From Ophelia neglecta (taxonomy: Eukaryota): a DNA stretch of 64,000 bases. The stretch lies in NCBI GenBank assembly GCA_965285935.1, contig OZ260662.1:17980001-18044000 (forward strand), given 5' to 3'. This document shows, one piece after another, positions 9,776-21,733 of this stretch (position 1 is the first letter of the stretch; every line of letters begins with the position of its first letter). The notes beneath the pieces were generated by a model, which ran no database searches, was not told where the DNA came from, and worked only from the letters and a program-made list of their open reading frames with translations. Position numbers and translations under genes: made by a program.

Positions 9776-12700
9776 TGAGAGCATTGAATATGCGAGGTCG
9801 GTGTCCCTATCTCTATCTCTCTCTCCCCCCCCCCCCCCACCCTCTCCTAGATTTATAGTTTCACCACTTTTCTTCAAATAGTGAGCATTCTAAATCCATT
9901 TTACCCAAAGAGCTAAACATTAGAGATTTCGCTTTCTGGAATTTTCCGTTATGAGGACATCTTCCCTGGAAACTTTTGCAACAATGCAGGAAATGTTCAT
10001 CTTATTATTTAGGTTATTTTTGCATCAACAAATGCACCCACGCTCTTAGAATATAAGAATTTTTTCCTGCGAAAAGAGTAAATTTTATAGTTAATGGTTC
10101 TGTATCGCTAACCTTTCCACGTCTCCTGTACCTTGATCCCGTCTTACACTAGGAATTCTATAGCCTATAAAACGTGAATTCAAATGGTTTGGAATCAAGC
10201 TGAGCATTGGTCTTGTTAGCACCGAAAGTAATTGTGAAATCAGACCCATGCATTACGCCGACATTAACGTCAATTATATAACCCTCCATTGATCAAACAG
10301 CTGGCGAGCTACGAACATCCGTCTGAAGCTTGTTTCTTATTTACTGTTGATTTTCTGCCTGAGAAGAGACTTGGCCAAGTGCCTTGGCTCTAATCAGTGG
10401 CGGATTCAGGGCTCCCCCACCCCCACCCCATTTGCCAAAAGGTGGGCCTGGACCAGGGCCTATTTCAGGAACCACGCAAGGTGGTTTCAGAGTGTTGGGC
10501 TTTAAGTCATAAATTTCACGAAAACGACCTGGATATCGGCGGGACATTGTTAACCAGCACACAGCGCCCGGAGCCGTATTAATACTGTAAGATTCCTAAT
10601 AGTCACGTGACAGTCAGTGAGCTTGATAATATTGTAACAGTAAGGCATGTACATGTGATGCCTTGTGTTTGTGAAACCCCTGTATATATTCATGACAGGA
10701 TGGATCATGCAGTACCACATACAACACCGAAAATATATTTTTTCGTTTTTCTTGGCGTACATATAAGAGACAACAAAATTGTCCATTCACACAACAAATG
10801 AACAGCGATCGAGCATACTGTCTTTCCTCGGCCGGAAGGCTAAATTAAAAGACGACCATTTAGCAGGATGACTAAGACAGGTAGGTATTCTGAAACATAA
10901 TCAAGGTTAGTGACAGGCATTCTTGACACATTCCAACCAGATAACTCTCAATTCTTTTTCAGCTTTCACAAATAATTCGACAGATGTCCGACAACAAGCC
11001 AAATAGTTTACTTTTACCTGCTTTTTTAATCCTTCGCCGAGCAAACTCACTCCCCTATTATCGTTGCTCTTTTATTTCAACCTTTTCGAAGAGTAAAGGT
11101 GTTAGTTGAATTGCCCAACTCAACAAACACCTATGAATTTCCAATAAAAATTTGAAATTGTGGATTTGGAATTCCGATTAAGTTAAAGTTGTCCTCTATG
11201 ACCAAATCTAAAAATGTGAAATAAATTAATCCGGCCTACTTTTCAATATATATATGTATACTACTATGAGCTCTGGGTGCCTCAAAAACACAATAAACAC
11301 TGTGTCCAACGCTAACAGTGATTATAACAGTGCTATTTAACCTCCCCTGGGGCGGATTTAGGGAGGGGGCCGAGGGCCCGCCCTCCCCCCTTTTGCTAAA
11401 AAGTGGGCCTGATCCAGGGCCTATTTCTGGGCTCACGCAAGGTGGTTTCAGAGGGTTGGTAACGGGGACAATCCAGACATTTGCCAACTGTAGACATATC
11501 TGTTGCCAACAAATCATAGGTCAACCCGGGGAAATATGCCCCCCCCCCCTTCCTGAAATCCTGGATCCGCCACTGCTCCCTTTCTGGCGACCGAGAAATA
11601 GAACAATGGTTGAGTTGGATCGTTGGGCATGGTGCATGGCGGTACTACAAATGATGTGGGATCGAGTCCCAGCCAAGTCAACAAACACCATTGAATTTAT
11701 ATATATTCAAATCCTATTTAACCTACCGTACATGTATTAGACGGTTTTCTCGGTTAATCAAATTAATTAAGTCCACTGGGTGTTTCATGTTTACATTATT
11801 CATTAGCCTATCCGTGTTTATTCATGCTATATAGTCCTATATAACCATTTCTTAGTTTTCTTTCCTTAAGGGAGTGAGGTCTTCTTATCCACGTGGGCTC
11901 ATATCCGTATAATCTGGTACAATGGTGCCCGACCATATAGGGCAACTGAGAATTCCAATTACGGGGAGTGCTTTGGGGCCTCACCATTAAACTGCTTTTT
12001 AAGTTCTTACTATAACATTTACCTACATGTATATATGAAAGCGGCCTTCATATAATCACGAGTCAAGGTTAAAGGATGCCGTACGTAAGACTAGTGTCCT
12101 GTTAACCCGCCAGGTCTCATGAATTAATGATAAGTGTAAAGATGATTGAAAAGCCTGCGACCTTCCATAACAGTTCCAGTAAGATCCGCCACGCGACCCA
12201 CGCTCGAAAAACATTCATGTTATGGACTGGTGGGACTTGCGTTTTTTCAAGTAATCTGTCGCTCTTGTGCTCTATAGCTTTTCCACTTGTCAATTTGCTC
12301 CATGGTTACAAAAACAATCTAATGCTTTTAGAGTCTATACTCTCTGTGGCCTATGCAGAGAGATGCCAAACCGTTTTTTATTTATCTCAATGTTCAAGAA
12401 AACCTGACGGCTAGAAAATTCATTTATCTTCCTGTGGATGCTTTGGCTTAGATTCTGCGCAACATATGCCATTTTACTGGTGGTTTGGGGGCATGTCGAC
12501 AGACCAGGATTAGCCTTACGGAGAAGGGGATGGTATTGACAAGAGCCAAGTATATTTCAAATGTCGTTTCAATGCTTATACCAATGGGGGTAGTTAGGAG
12601 GTTCCCATGCAGTCCCCAGTTTTAAATATAGGCACATTGTAAAACATTTTAAAATCCAGATTTTTCATATCAGGGAATACGTTTTTTGATAAATTTAAAA

Positions 12701-13467
12701 TGAATCCCAAGTCACGGGAAAAGGAAATGAATTCCAGCTCATAGTAAATGAAAATACTTGATCCCGAAGAACGGACAAATGTCAAATCCCGACTCAAGAA
12801 AAGTCTTAAAATCTAGGAAAACGGTCAGTGAAAAGGTCGGTTTTAACTTATTGCAACCTCACCTACAACACTTCAAGTCCCCAGACACTTTCTGGGAATT
12901 AACACCCTTTCCGCATCCTTCCTTTTAATACCGTCATCCCTTCACAAGAATCTGACCGCCACTGCAGACGACAGGGCAATTTTGCTGCTACTGACATGTG
13001 GCCACATGCGGCTGTATCGTTAGCTAATGGAAAAGCATCAATTTGAGTCACTTTTGGATGCTATGCGCAAAGTACAGAAGAAAGTTTCCCTGTCCAAACG
13101 TAGGATAATTTTACATATCCGGCCCTATTTCCTGATGCGTCAGAATACAGTGACCTAGAGTTTAGTGTCCATTTAAGACTATGAAAATTCTTACTTTGTA
13201 GTGGAGGGAGAGGACAACGTACACAAAAGTACACTTAATCCCTTCCCCCCTCCCCCCTCCCCACTCCCCGGCTGCTCCTCGCCACATTTGGAGGTTTATG
13301 AGACAAAAAAGTGTTTTTCAACTTCCGGAAATAAAAGATTTTTTTGGGGGGCCAAGGTCAGTAAAAAAACGATGTTCTTTCGCAACAACAATAAATTGTC
13401 GCGAAAAACTACATAACATAATGTATTAAGATAAAATTTGAAGAAAAAAGTTGTTTGATAATAGTAT
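9776..13467 (+). repeat. Segmental tandem duplication, copy 2 (~3.7 kb)
   Basis: Same start and end sequences as copy 1, separated from it by 9 bp (ATATAGTAA). Explains the paired ORFs 8466/12127, 8933/12594 and 7128/10550. Confidence 0.95.
11347..11575 (+). mobile_element. MITE with CAGTGGCGGAT-type termini
   Basis: Left end CTGGGGCGGATTTAGGG, right end TCCTGGATCCGCCACTG (reverse complement CAGTGGCGGATCCAGGA). CTCCC is repeated on both flanks (11342-11346, 11576-11580). Absent from the equivalent site in duplication copy 1. Confidence 0.8.
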
Positions 13468-13905
13468 TCAACAACCCCCCCCCCTCCCCCCCCTCCTAGG
13501 GGACCCAAGAAAAAATATAATCCTTGTATACCCTGAAATTTTCACTGTGATTTTTATCACCGTTAATGTTGAAACAAAGATCCTATATGAACTATGAAAC
13601 GGGAAGTTTCCATTTCCGCCGTAAACTATGAGTAGATCCATGGCCTGAATACATCTGCACACAATATTATTTAAGTTTGTATGAGCCATGAATAAGTCAC
13701 TCCTATTGACCTATATGACCTCCCCCCCCCCACAGCCCTGAGGCCTGACCCCCCCCCCCTCGCCAGTGGAAAAAGCTGCTCCTCGTGCATGACTAAATTA
13801 GACCAGAGAAGTTTATAAATTAAGGTTACCCCCTCCCCCTCTCCCCGTGGAAATCTGCTCCCCGTGCCTTGCTAAATCTGACCAAAGAAGTATATTCATT
13901 AAAAG

Positions 13906-14131
13906 GGCTATTGATTACATGCGGAAGTGCGGAAGCTATGCTGACGCGGAGGTCGTTGGAATTTCAGAATGACAGGAAACAAAAAAGCGTCAGCAAGGCT
14001 AGGGTTAAGGCTGAGGGTTAATTTCAGGGTTAGGAAAAGGGTAATGGACAAATTTAATAGGTATAGTGCTCTGCTCTAATTTCGGGCTATACCTCGGCAA
14101 GGCTCCGTGCTTCCGCTTTTAAACAAAATCC
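13906..14131. mobile_element. MITE with ~40-bp imperfect TIRs, 8-10 bp TSD and internal TTAGGG-like repeats
   Basis: Left GGCTATTGATTACATGCGGAAGTGCGGAAGCTATGCTGACG vs right reverse complement GGATTTTGTTTAAAAGCGGAAGCACGGAGCCTTGCCGAGG. Direct repeat CATTAAAAGG at 13897-13906 and 14131-14140. Confidence 0.75.
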
Positions 14132-14148
14132 ATTAAAAGGTTACTCAC

Positions 14149-14193
14149 CGCAATCACCAGTCCGGTAGTTGTCAGCACCTGGCTTCTCTCGTC
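14149..14193 (-). CDS. nAChR-family subunit, coding exon 3 (DERSQVLTTTGLVIA; loop D)
   Basis: Acceptor CTTCAG| and donor GCG|GTGAGT. 45 nt, phase 0/0, equivalent to the conserved 45-nt DEKNQVLTTNIWLQM exon of nAChR genes. Confidence 0.95.
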
Positions 14194-16911
14194 CTGAAGT
14201 GAAATCAGAGGGAAGGTTTTGAGTGTTTGGTCCTCGGATATTATAGGCTTAGGAACGCATCATTGAATAACTGGGCAATATGATAGGATTGGAACTATTC
14301 TCATCACCCAGGGTGGCAGGTGTTATAAGGATGTATGTATAAAAGGAGGATTCATGGAGCCCTTTAATAATCAACATGTTTTCTTTATAAAATGAAAACC
14401 GACTTATTACAGTTCCATTGTATTTAATTGTTTCAAAGAGGCAGCAAATTCCAATCAAATGACCAATGCTTTGAAGAACTGAGTGACTCTGGTCATGAAT
14501 AACACCACGGCAGCACGATGACATTTTAATATGATGTAAAAGTATTAGTTCATCTGACACCACCTACACGCCAGACAAACTATTATCAATAAATGATTAC
14601 ATAAACAGCCTAAAGTAAAATAACAGGAAAAATGATAGAAAATTATGCAAGTAATGATAGTTGATAGGAGGGGCGAATGTCAGTATTGTTTTGTCAGCAT
14701 GAAAGTTAGTCACCGAAATAGGTTTTGCTAAACCTCCCGGAGAAAAGGGATAAGAAGTCTAACATGGTTTTACAAATGTTTTGTTGCTAATTAAACGAGA
14801 AGTACCAATTCCTTTTTACACCAAAACGTAACATTTGTGTTTTGATTTACGTTTGTTTTAGCTGTTTTTATGTGCTAGGTGTTGTAATCGGCACAAGGGG
14901 GCGGCACAGTCTGTTAATAACATCACAATTGACTGACATTCCAATAAAAATGAAATACCCAGCTCGCAAAAACTGCCAGGTCATGCCTGAGTTTACATAA
15001 GAGCACCCGGAACCGGATGTTAGACGCACGCACATGCGCACTCCAATATTACACATACGAATGACGTGTAAGTATGTACACCACGACATTTTAACTATAT
15101 TAAATATTTTTGAGAAAGGAAATTATACTGAACAAGTTCCGTACAGGTGCTTCACAATAGTTTTGTAAAAGTACATGGAGTCTAAACAAATTTGAGTACG
15201 AGGGTAGGTAAATCTATTATGTATAAAATGCCGCCAACAAATAAACCGGACGAGGCGATGGGCGGCAACACAAGACATAGAGTTAAATGTCAACTCACCG
15301 ATGACGCAGTCTTTGCGAGCAAAACGTGTAAATAAGAAACTTAGTACAGACACAAAATGATTTTAATTTATAAAAAACATAACGGATCAGGTGCAGCCAG
15401 ATATTAACGAGGACAAGCCCCTTTTCACAAGCCTCCATTTTAAATGAAGCTTGTGTTTTCCGCGTTTTATAGGGGAGTGGAAAATGACATTGTGGCCTAT
15501 GCAGCGGAAGATTCGACCAACTCCAATAGGTGTATGTATTAAATCGTTATGAAGAATGAATAAGATTGATGAATACTCAACATGCTATGATAATTTAATG
15601 ATACAGCCTAATTCAATTGCGACGCTTCTAATCATGAAAATACGACAAATCAAGTGTATGTCTCATCATTAGTTTGAGTGCTGAAAAATAAATTGTTTAC
15701 GACAATCCAGTTATCCAACTTGGACTTTTCATAATGTTTTTTTTTAAATGTAGCCGAGAAATCCAATCGAGTAGCCTAGAAATTTGGATTTAGCTTTAAC
15801 TGTACACAGTACGTTTAGTATATCCCGAGATGCATTGGGCCCGGTGAGTATGCATCTAAAGGTAGTAAACAAATTAACATCAATTTCGTCACATCATATA
15901 AAGCCTGAACTTGGCGAGGCAGACAGTTTGAACAATACCACATTGAGATATTATTATACATTGACAAAGAACCTAGCCCTAATCCAATAAATTCCCTTAA
16001 CGGCAGCAGCTTTCCGTTCCGAAGCATTATATTCGGACTTTATATGGCCGGCCATCAAAGCAACGCTTGTTATTTCGGCCATTCGTCTGCTGTACAGTTG
16101 ACAGCGTTTTTATTTGGTATACAAACTGTATGAGACGCTGCCCTGCTTTACAGTGTGATGGAACACCGCACAGAGATTTACGGCTGGTCCACAAGGGGTT
16201 ATAAAGGCCTTACGACCTGGGAAGTGCTCGCCCTTCATAAAGTGACGAAGCTATGGCCCGGGAACTCATAAATATTGCAGTGAATGGCGAAGCAGAGAGA
16301 GCAAGACGAGACGCATTTCAATAGAGCAGGTGTACATTGTCGGTGATCATTTAATTTAACACAATGCTCGAATGCTAACTGAGTTGACCCAAATTGAAAA
16401 GTTTGCAAGAGAATATTCCCTATCCTCTCGAATATAAGATGTCTTCATTGATTGCACAATTGAGGCATGACCAGGATGGTAAGCATTGCAGGCAAGCCAC
16501 AGCTACCCTGGCATCAGTTTGAGCCCATACATTTTTCATGTTGGCTCATCTTAATGTGTTTTCTGTGCTATGCTGCAAAATTGAAGTCGTTTCACAGAAT
16601 GCATTAACATTAAGGAGGTGAGCTAATAGAAGCACCAATAGATAACTGGTGTGGTGGGGTATGGGGGGGGGGGGTAGAACATTTGTGAACGAGAACATGT
16701 TTGTCGACCACATTTGGAAAAAAACCCAACTTTTGAAAAACTAATTATTTAAAAGTCATTCAAAACCATAACCTTCTAAAATATATTCCGCATTTGTCCA
16801 AAAATAGTGATGAAAATAAGTTTTATGTAAAAAAGAAATTTTCTAGGCAAAAATAGGCAAACGACAGTTTAAACATTGAATAGACACCAATCTGCCGGGA
16901 AGAAAACTTAC

Positions 16912-17060
16912 CAGCCCGTGAATTCGGAGTAGAACAAAGTCTATCTCCACCCGGACAGGTTCCGATGTGTCCATAACGGCACGTGCTACTGGGTCGTAGT
17001 CATGGAATAAATACGATAGGAGGCGCTCTTCATGGGTAGCGTTCCTGAACAGGTACTTGG
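16912..17060 (-). CDS. nAChR-family subunit, coding exon 2 (KYLFRNATHEERLLSYLFHDYDPVARAVMDTSEPVRVEIDFVLLRIHGL)
   Basis: Acceptor TGTTTGCAG| and donor CTG|GTAAGT, 149 nt. Encodes the N-terminal helix (EERLL..LF..Y) and beta1 typical of nAChRs. Confidence 0.95.
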
Positions 17061-17444
17061 CTGCAAACAGGATATGATGTCATATTTAAAATGACATCCT
17101 CGATTAATTTCGATTCATTTTCTACTGATTATTAAAGGAATTTTATTGTGAAATAAATGAATGAAAAAATGATACATATTTTAAATTATGAATTACTGCG
17201 TTATTATATTAACTGATAGGAAACATAGTATAACCAATGTTTTCAGCTGAATCGTAAGTTTGGAATTGTGTGAGTGACCTTTTACTTCTATATGCATAAA
17301 CCAAATTACTTGACAAAAGAATTTGAGATTATAAATATGCTGTCTGCACGATTAAAATGAACGCACCATTAGATAACTGGTGGGGTGGGGCTGGGGTCTA
17401 GAAGATTGTTTTCAAAAAAGGTTATATATAAATATATATATATA

Positions 17445-17801
17445 CAGTGAAACCTATGAATTAAGACCACTAAAGGGACTGGAAAATAAAATGAAACCTG
17501 TGAATTAAGACCACTAAAGGGACTGGAAAATACTGATCTGATTTCAGAGGTGGTCTGTTTAGACATGTTATTTAACATTGAAAGCATACAAAATGATCCT
17601 CATTTAAGTGGTCTGAATTGGCAGGTGGTCTGATTATAGAGGTGGTCTTAAGGCAGGTTTCACTGTACTGGTCTGATTTCAGAGGTGGTCTGTTTAGACA
17701 GGTTATTTAACATTGAAAGCATACAAAATAATCCTCATTTAAGCGGTCTGAATTGGCAGGTGGTCTGATTATAGAGGTGGTATTTAAGGCAGGTTTCACT
17801 G
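17445..17801. mobile_element. Tc1/mariner-type (pogo/Tigger-like) MITE with internally duplicated ends
   Basis: TA|CAGTGAAACCT ... AGGTTTCACTG|TA. The 3' ~136 bp, including the TIR, occurs twice (ending 17665 and 17801) and the 5' ~41 bp occurs twice (17448, 17492). Confidence 0.9.
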
Positions 17802-20800
17802 TATATATCAGATAACGTTAAATTTACTTGGAGAAAAGGAAGGCACAATCTTTTTTTCAAATAAAGCCACCCCCACCCCGGCCCCCACCATATATAATGG
17901 TGCACCCCTTTACACGTGTTATGGTCCAAGTAGCTTACAGTATTACCCTGCCAACAGTGCCAATCATGTTTTAAGTTATAATTAGTAAGGAACTTAACTA
18001 TACCACTGTAGGTAAGGCATAATTGCTTATGCTACACTATAAGGATTGATCAAAATACAATAAAATACATCTACAATAAAACAAAGCTATGCTTCTAGGA
18101 CGACAGTATTATTATTATTATATCTAAATAAGATAAGCGTTATTCATAAGGCAAGAAGCGGATCGTCAGCTTAAAAATTGATTACTTAAGCAATTTATGA
18201 TCAGCGATGGAGTTTTGAAAGACGAGACACTGAATAAACTGGTTTTTGCACACGTCCTTTTCCTAGACTCAAATCTAAGAGACAAAGCTAGTGTGCAAAA
18301 TCTATTGTCATTTCCTGGATTGAGTGCTCAACCTTTCAGAACACCACCCCATGTGTAGAGGTATAGTATCGCACTTAGGCTGATTGATGGGGAAATGTAA
18401 ACTGTATGCATTTTCGTTAATTCCGACTTGCAAGTCACCAGCAGCGAGCTATTTTACGATTTAGGGGTCAGACAGCAGGTGAGGGATCGCCCAAGTCGGC
18501 CTGTGTGGCTTATAATTAGAAGGGTAAAAGATGTTTAAGGCCGAGATTCGTCCGCTGCCAGCCCACTCTAGGGCTGACAGTCATAACCGATGTCCACTTT
18601 TTGAGGTCACTCAGTGGAAGGTCCATATTTACCAACCTTACCCAAACCCGGGATTCCGCCCGTCTTGAAACCGTAGTATTTTTAAGTTTGGCGGTGTAGA
18701 AACTCCAGTATATTTGGGCTGCGGTATAGAAATCCTGGTTTATTACGTCTGCCCGTCCCCAAATACTGGTATATTCCGTCGGCTGGGACTTAACTGCCGG
18801 GTGACCTAATAATCTTGTACGCCTGATATAATGGCGGAGAAAGTATGACTCGTTTTATACATAACAGTGAGCGAGTGTAATCACTTGACGCACGGGTTGT
18901 GCATAAGGACGGGGAACGTGTTTTTCAACACATCTAGCCAGACACGATAACTTTAAGAAAGAAACGGCGGTGAAATCCACGCCTCGGATCATTGCACCGG
19001 GGTGCAGCATTTGGATTCCAGGGGTATTATTATTATTATTTAACAAAAGCAACAAAAAGGCCAGTTACCACGAACAAAAGAACCAATAAATATGCACCCA
19101 AAACTGCCAGTTTGGCTCGGAAATGGAAAGCCACCAGGAGTTACACCGAAATTCAAGCGGTAGAATTTTTCAGCTTGTATGCTCACAAATATCGTGTACG
19201 ATTGGTTCAAATCGCGAGGGGGATGAGAAACCCTTTTCTGATTGGCACAGCACCTTCAAATGGTCTTCCAATCATCGAGTGAAACAAGAATCTCTTCAAC
19301 GTTTATCTATCGTGATAAACAATTCGAAACGAAATGTCAACACACATTTTTGCACACTTTTTTGCGCACTTCGTCTACTAATCTCGGGATAAACGTACCC
19401 TAAAATTGGTACTAGTTTATACTGTTTAATAACTGTTTGAATGCGTGTAGTCTTACGTAGGCATTTTTAAACCGCGGATGATCTAAGTAAATTGGGGAAT
19501 ATTTCCAACATTTTTTAAGACACTGTCGCGTATCTTTACCAATGACTGATTAGAACATTAGGCGTATAAAATCTCCATATACATATATAGGTCATTCATC
19601 TTGACTGAAAGCAAAAAAGCGGGTAGTGGAACTCGTTTGCCAATCAGAACTAGATGAAAAGCAACGCTGTATTTAAGTAATACCACATCAGCGTTGACCA
19701 TTATTTATATAAGCGCTCTCAATTTTTGTTCTCTCCTTTTGCCCCGAGGGAAACTAACACTTCGAATGGTGAATTGGGTGGGGACAAAACATGCTTTACT
19801 TTATCACGAGCACAGCTTATATATTTTCGAATCGCATTGGCATGTGCTGATTGGATGCTTCTACTCCGGTGCTGCACAAATGACAGCGTGGCAGCCATTT
19901 GTTCTCGAGATTTGAACCAATCAGCAACGATTTGTGAGCAGATCGGAGAAACGCTAGGGTTCTGTAAAAGTGGATATTCGTTTAAAGTAAAAAATAATCA
20001 GGCGTGGACGGAAATGATTGTTTGGTCCATTGAACTTATCAGGTACAGGGGGAAAAGGGCACAGAATTAATGGGGTCTCTTGTGGGATAGGGGATAGGGA
20101 GGGGATAATGACATTTTCGATGAGACTAGACCTGGGTTATCCCCTCCCTCTCCCCTTGGTCAACTTCCGGTGAATAATGACCACCTCCTCTCGTATGTAG
20201 TCGGATCAATGCTCGGGTATAGCTCTCCAATAGCTCCAGATATAAATTCCAACACAATCCCATGCCTAATTTAGAGATATTCACAAAATTAGTTACGACT
20301 TGACGAGAAGCCATTGAAACTTTTAAGCCGTAATTATCGAAAATGCTTATTAATTTGGGAAATTAGCCTAAAGGACGCCGCTTAGAACAAGGAGTTCACG
20401 ATGAGAGGTTTCTTAACATTAGCTGTAAGTAGTATCAGACGAAATGACAGGCAAAATTTGCGAATTAAAAAAACAAGGGGAATCAACTTTGTCGTTCTAC
20501 AAGAACCTACAAAGGCGCCTCAAAGGTGTAGGGTGAGTGTCCCTTGTCAGCGGATTCGGGATACTAACCCCTGGCCCTCCGTGGGACGGGACACCCAACC
20601 AACCCCTTTCCAAATAAAGGCACCGCCACCCTTCACCCACCCTCTCTGTTAACGCTAGTCTCGGTCCACCATTGATAGTGTCTATAGAAAAATTCTTACT
20701 GATAGCATTTAGATTTTCCTGGATTGTCCTGGCTATACAGAAGTGATTAAGTGAAAATAAACACATATTCAAGATACAGAGCAATCAGCAATTCACAAAT

Positions 20801-21733
20801 AGAATGGCAGAATAACGAATTGTGTGAGAGTGAAATATTCACAATAAATTAGTAAATAGACGGACAAATAAAAATAAAGTGCCAGATTAAAATGAAAAAA
20901 AAAACAATAGCCTACGTAGAAAATGGTCCGGGTCAGAGGAACCGATGTTGTAGGTTCCATCTGTAAAAAAAATATACACTAACTATGTACTATAAAATTA
21001 ATACGATAACAGAATATAAAGATTTCTTAACAGGTGTATTAAATCAGCGGTTCATACTTTGAAGGTCCATTGGATAGTGGACACCCGCAGTGAGAACATA
21101 AAGCAAAAATATAGAAGACAGTTGTATCGTGCAAAGAAAACTTGGTAACTGAATATAAGCTTTGGTTGCAATTTCAGTTGAACAATTGCAATCTACATTT
21201 CGTGATTACATATACATCAGTGAATTCCTATCCTAAATCGAGCTAATGTAATGGAAGGATGAGCCTAATATTTGGGCAACGTCTTCAATTTTCCACGAGG
21301 ATGATTTAGGACTACACAGCGAGAACTAAATTGCATATATCAGTAATTTGCAGTGGGCATGGCTTAATGCACTAGTCTGGATAGTGCTGCAAAAACCGAT
21401 ACTCTCGCGAACTGTCGCGGACCTCGCATATCAAACACGTGCATTTCGTAGCACATTTGTGAGTGCAATGTGAGATAAGCATATCCTATTCCTGACGCCG
21501 CTGTGACATTATATATGTGTATCTGTCTATTGTTAGTGTTCAATGAAAGATGCTCTTCTGGTGTATGTACAACACAATCAACCCTACGTACGTGATTCCG
21601 GATTTGATTGCGTGCCGCCGTTTATAAACAACACAATTATATATAGATTTAATTTTAACATACGAGAAACCATAATGATGCACAGCAGAACAATTATAAC
21701 TTCCCCTCCACACAACTAACGTGTGTTTAATTA

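Noticed and set aside
6174-13467. Mutually exclusive duplicated nAChR exons (as in insect alpha6) hidden in the duplication
   Set aside because: I found no second DE..QVL or W.D..L.W exon-like sequence with splice sites in either copy or elsewhere in the introns, by eye.
15290-15353. Strong donor-like CG|GTGAGT at ~15298 as an alternative exon in intron 2
   Set aside because: The upstream sequence has no nAChR-like coding potential or signal peptide, and the surrounding CpG-rich block looks transposon-derived.
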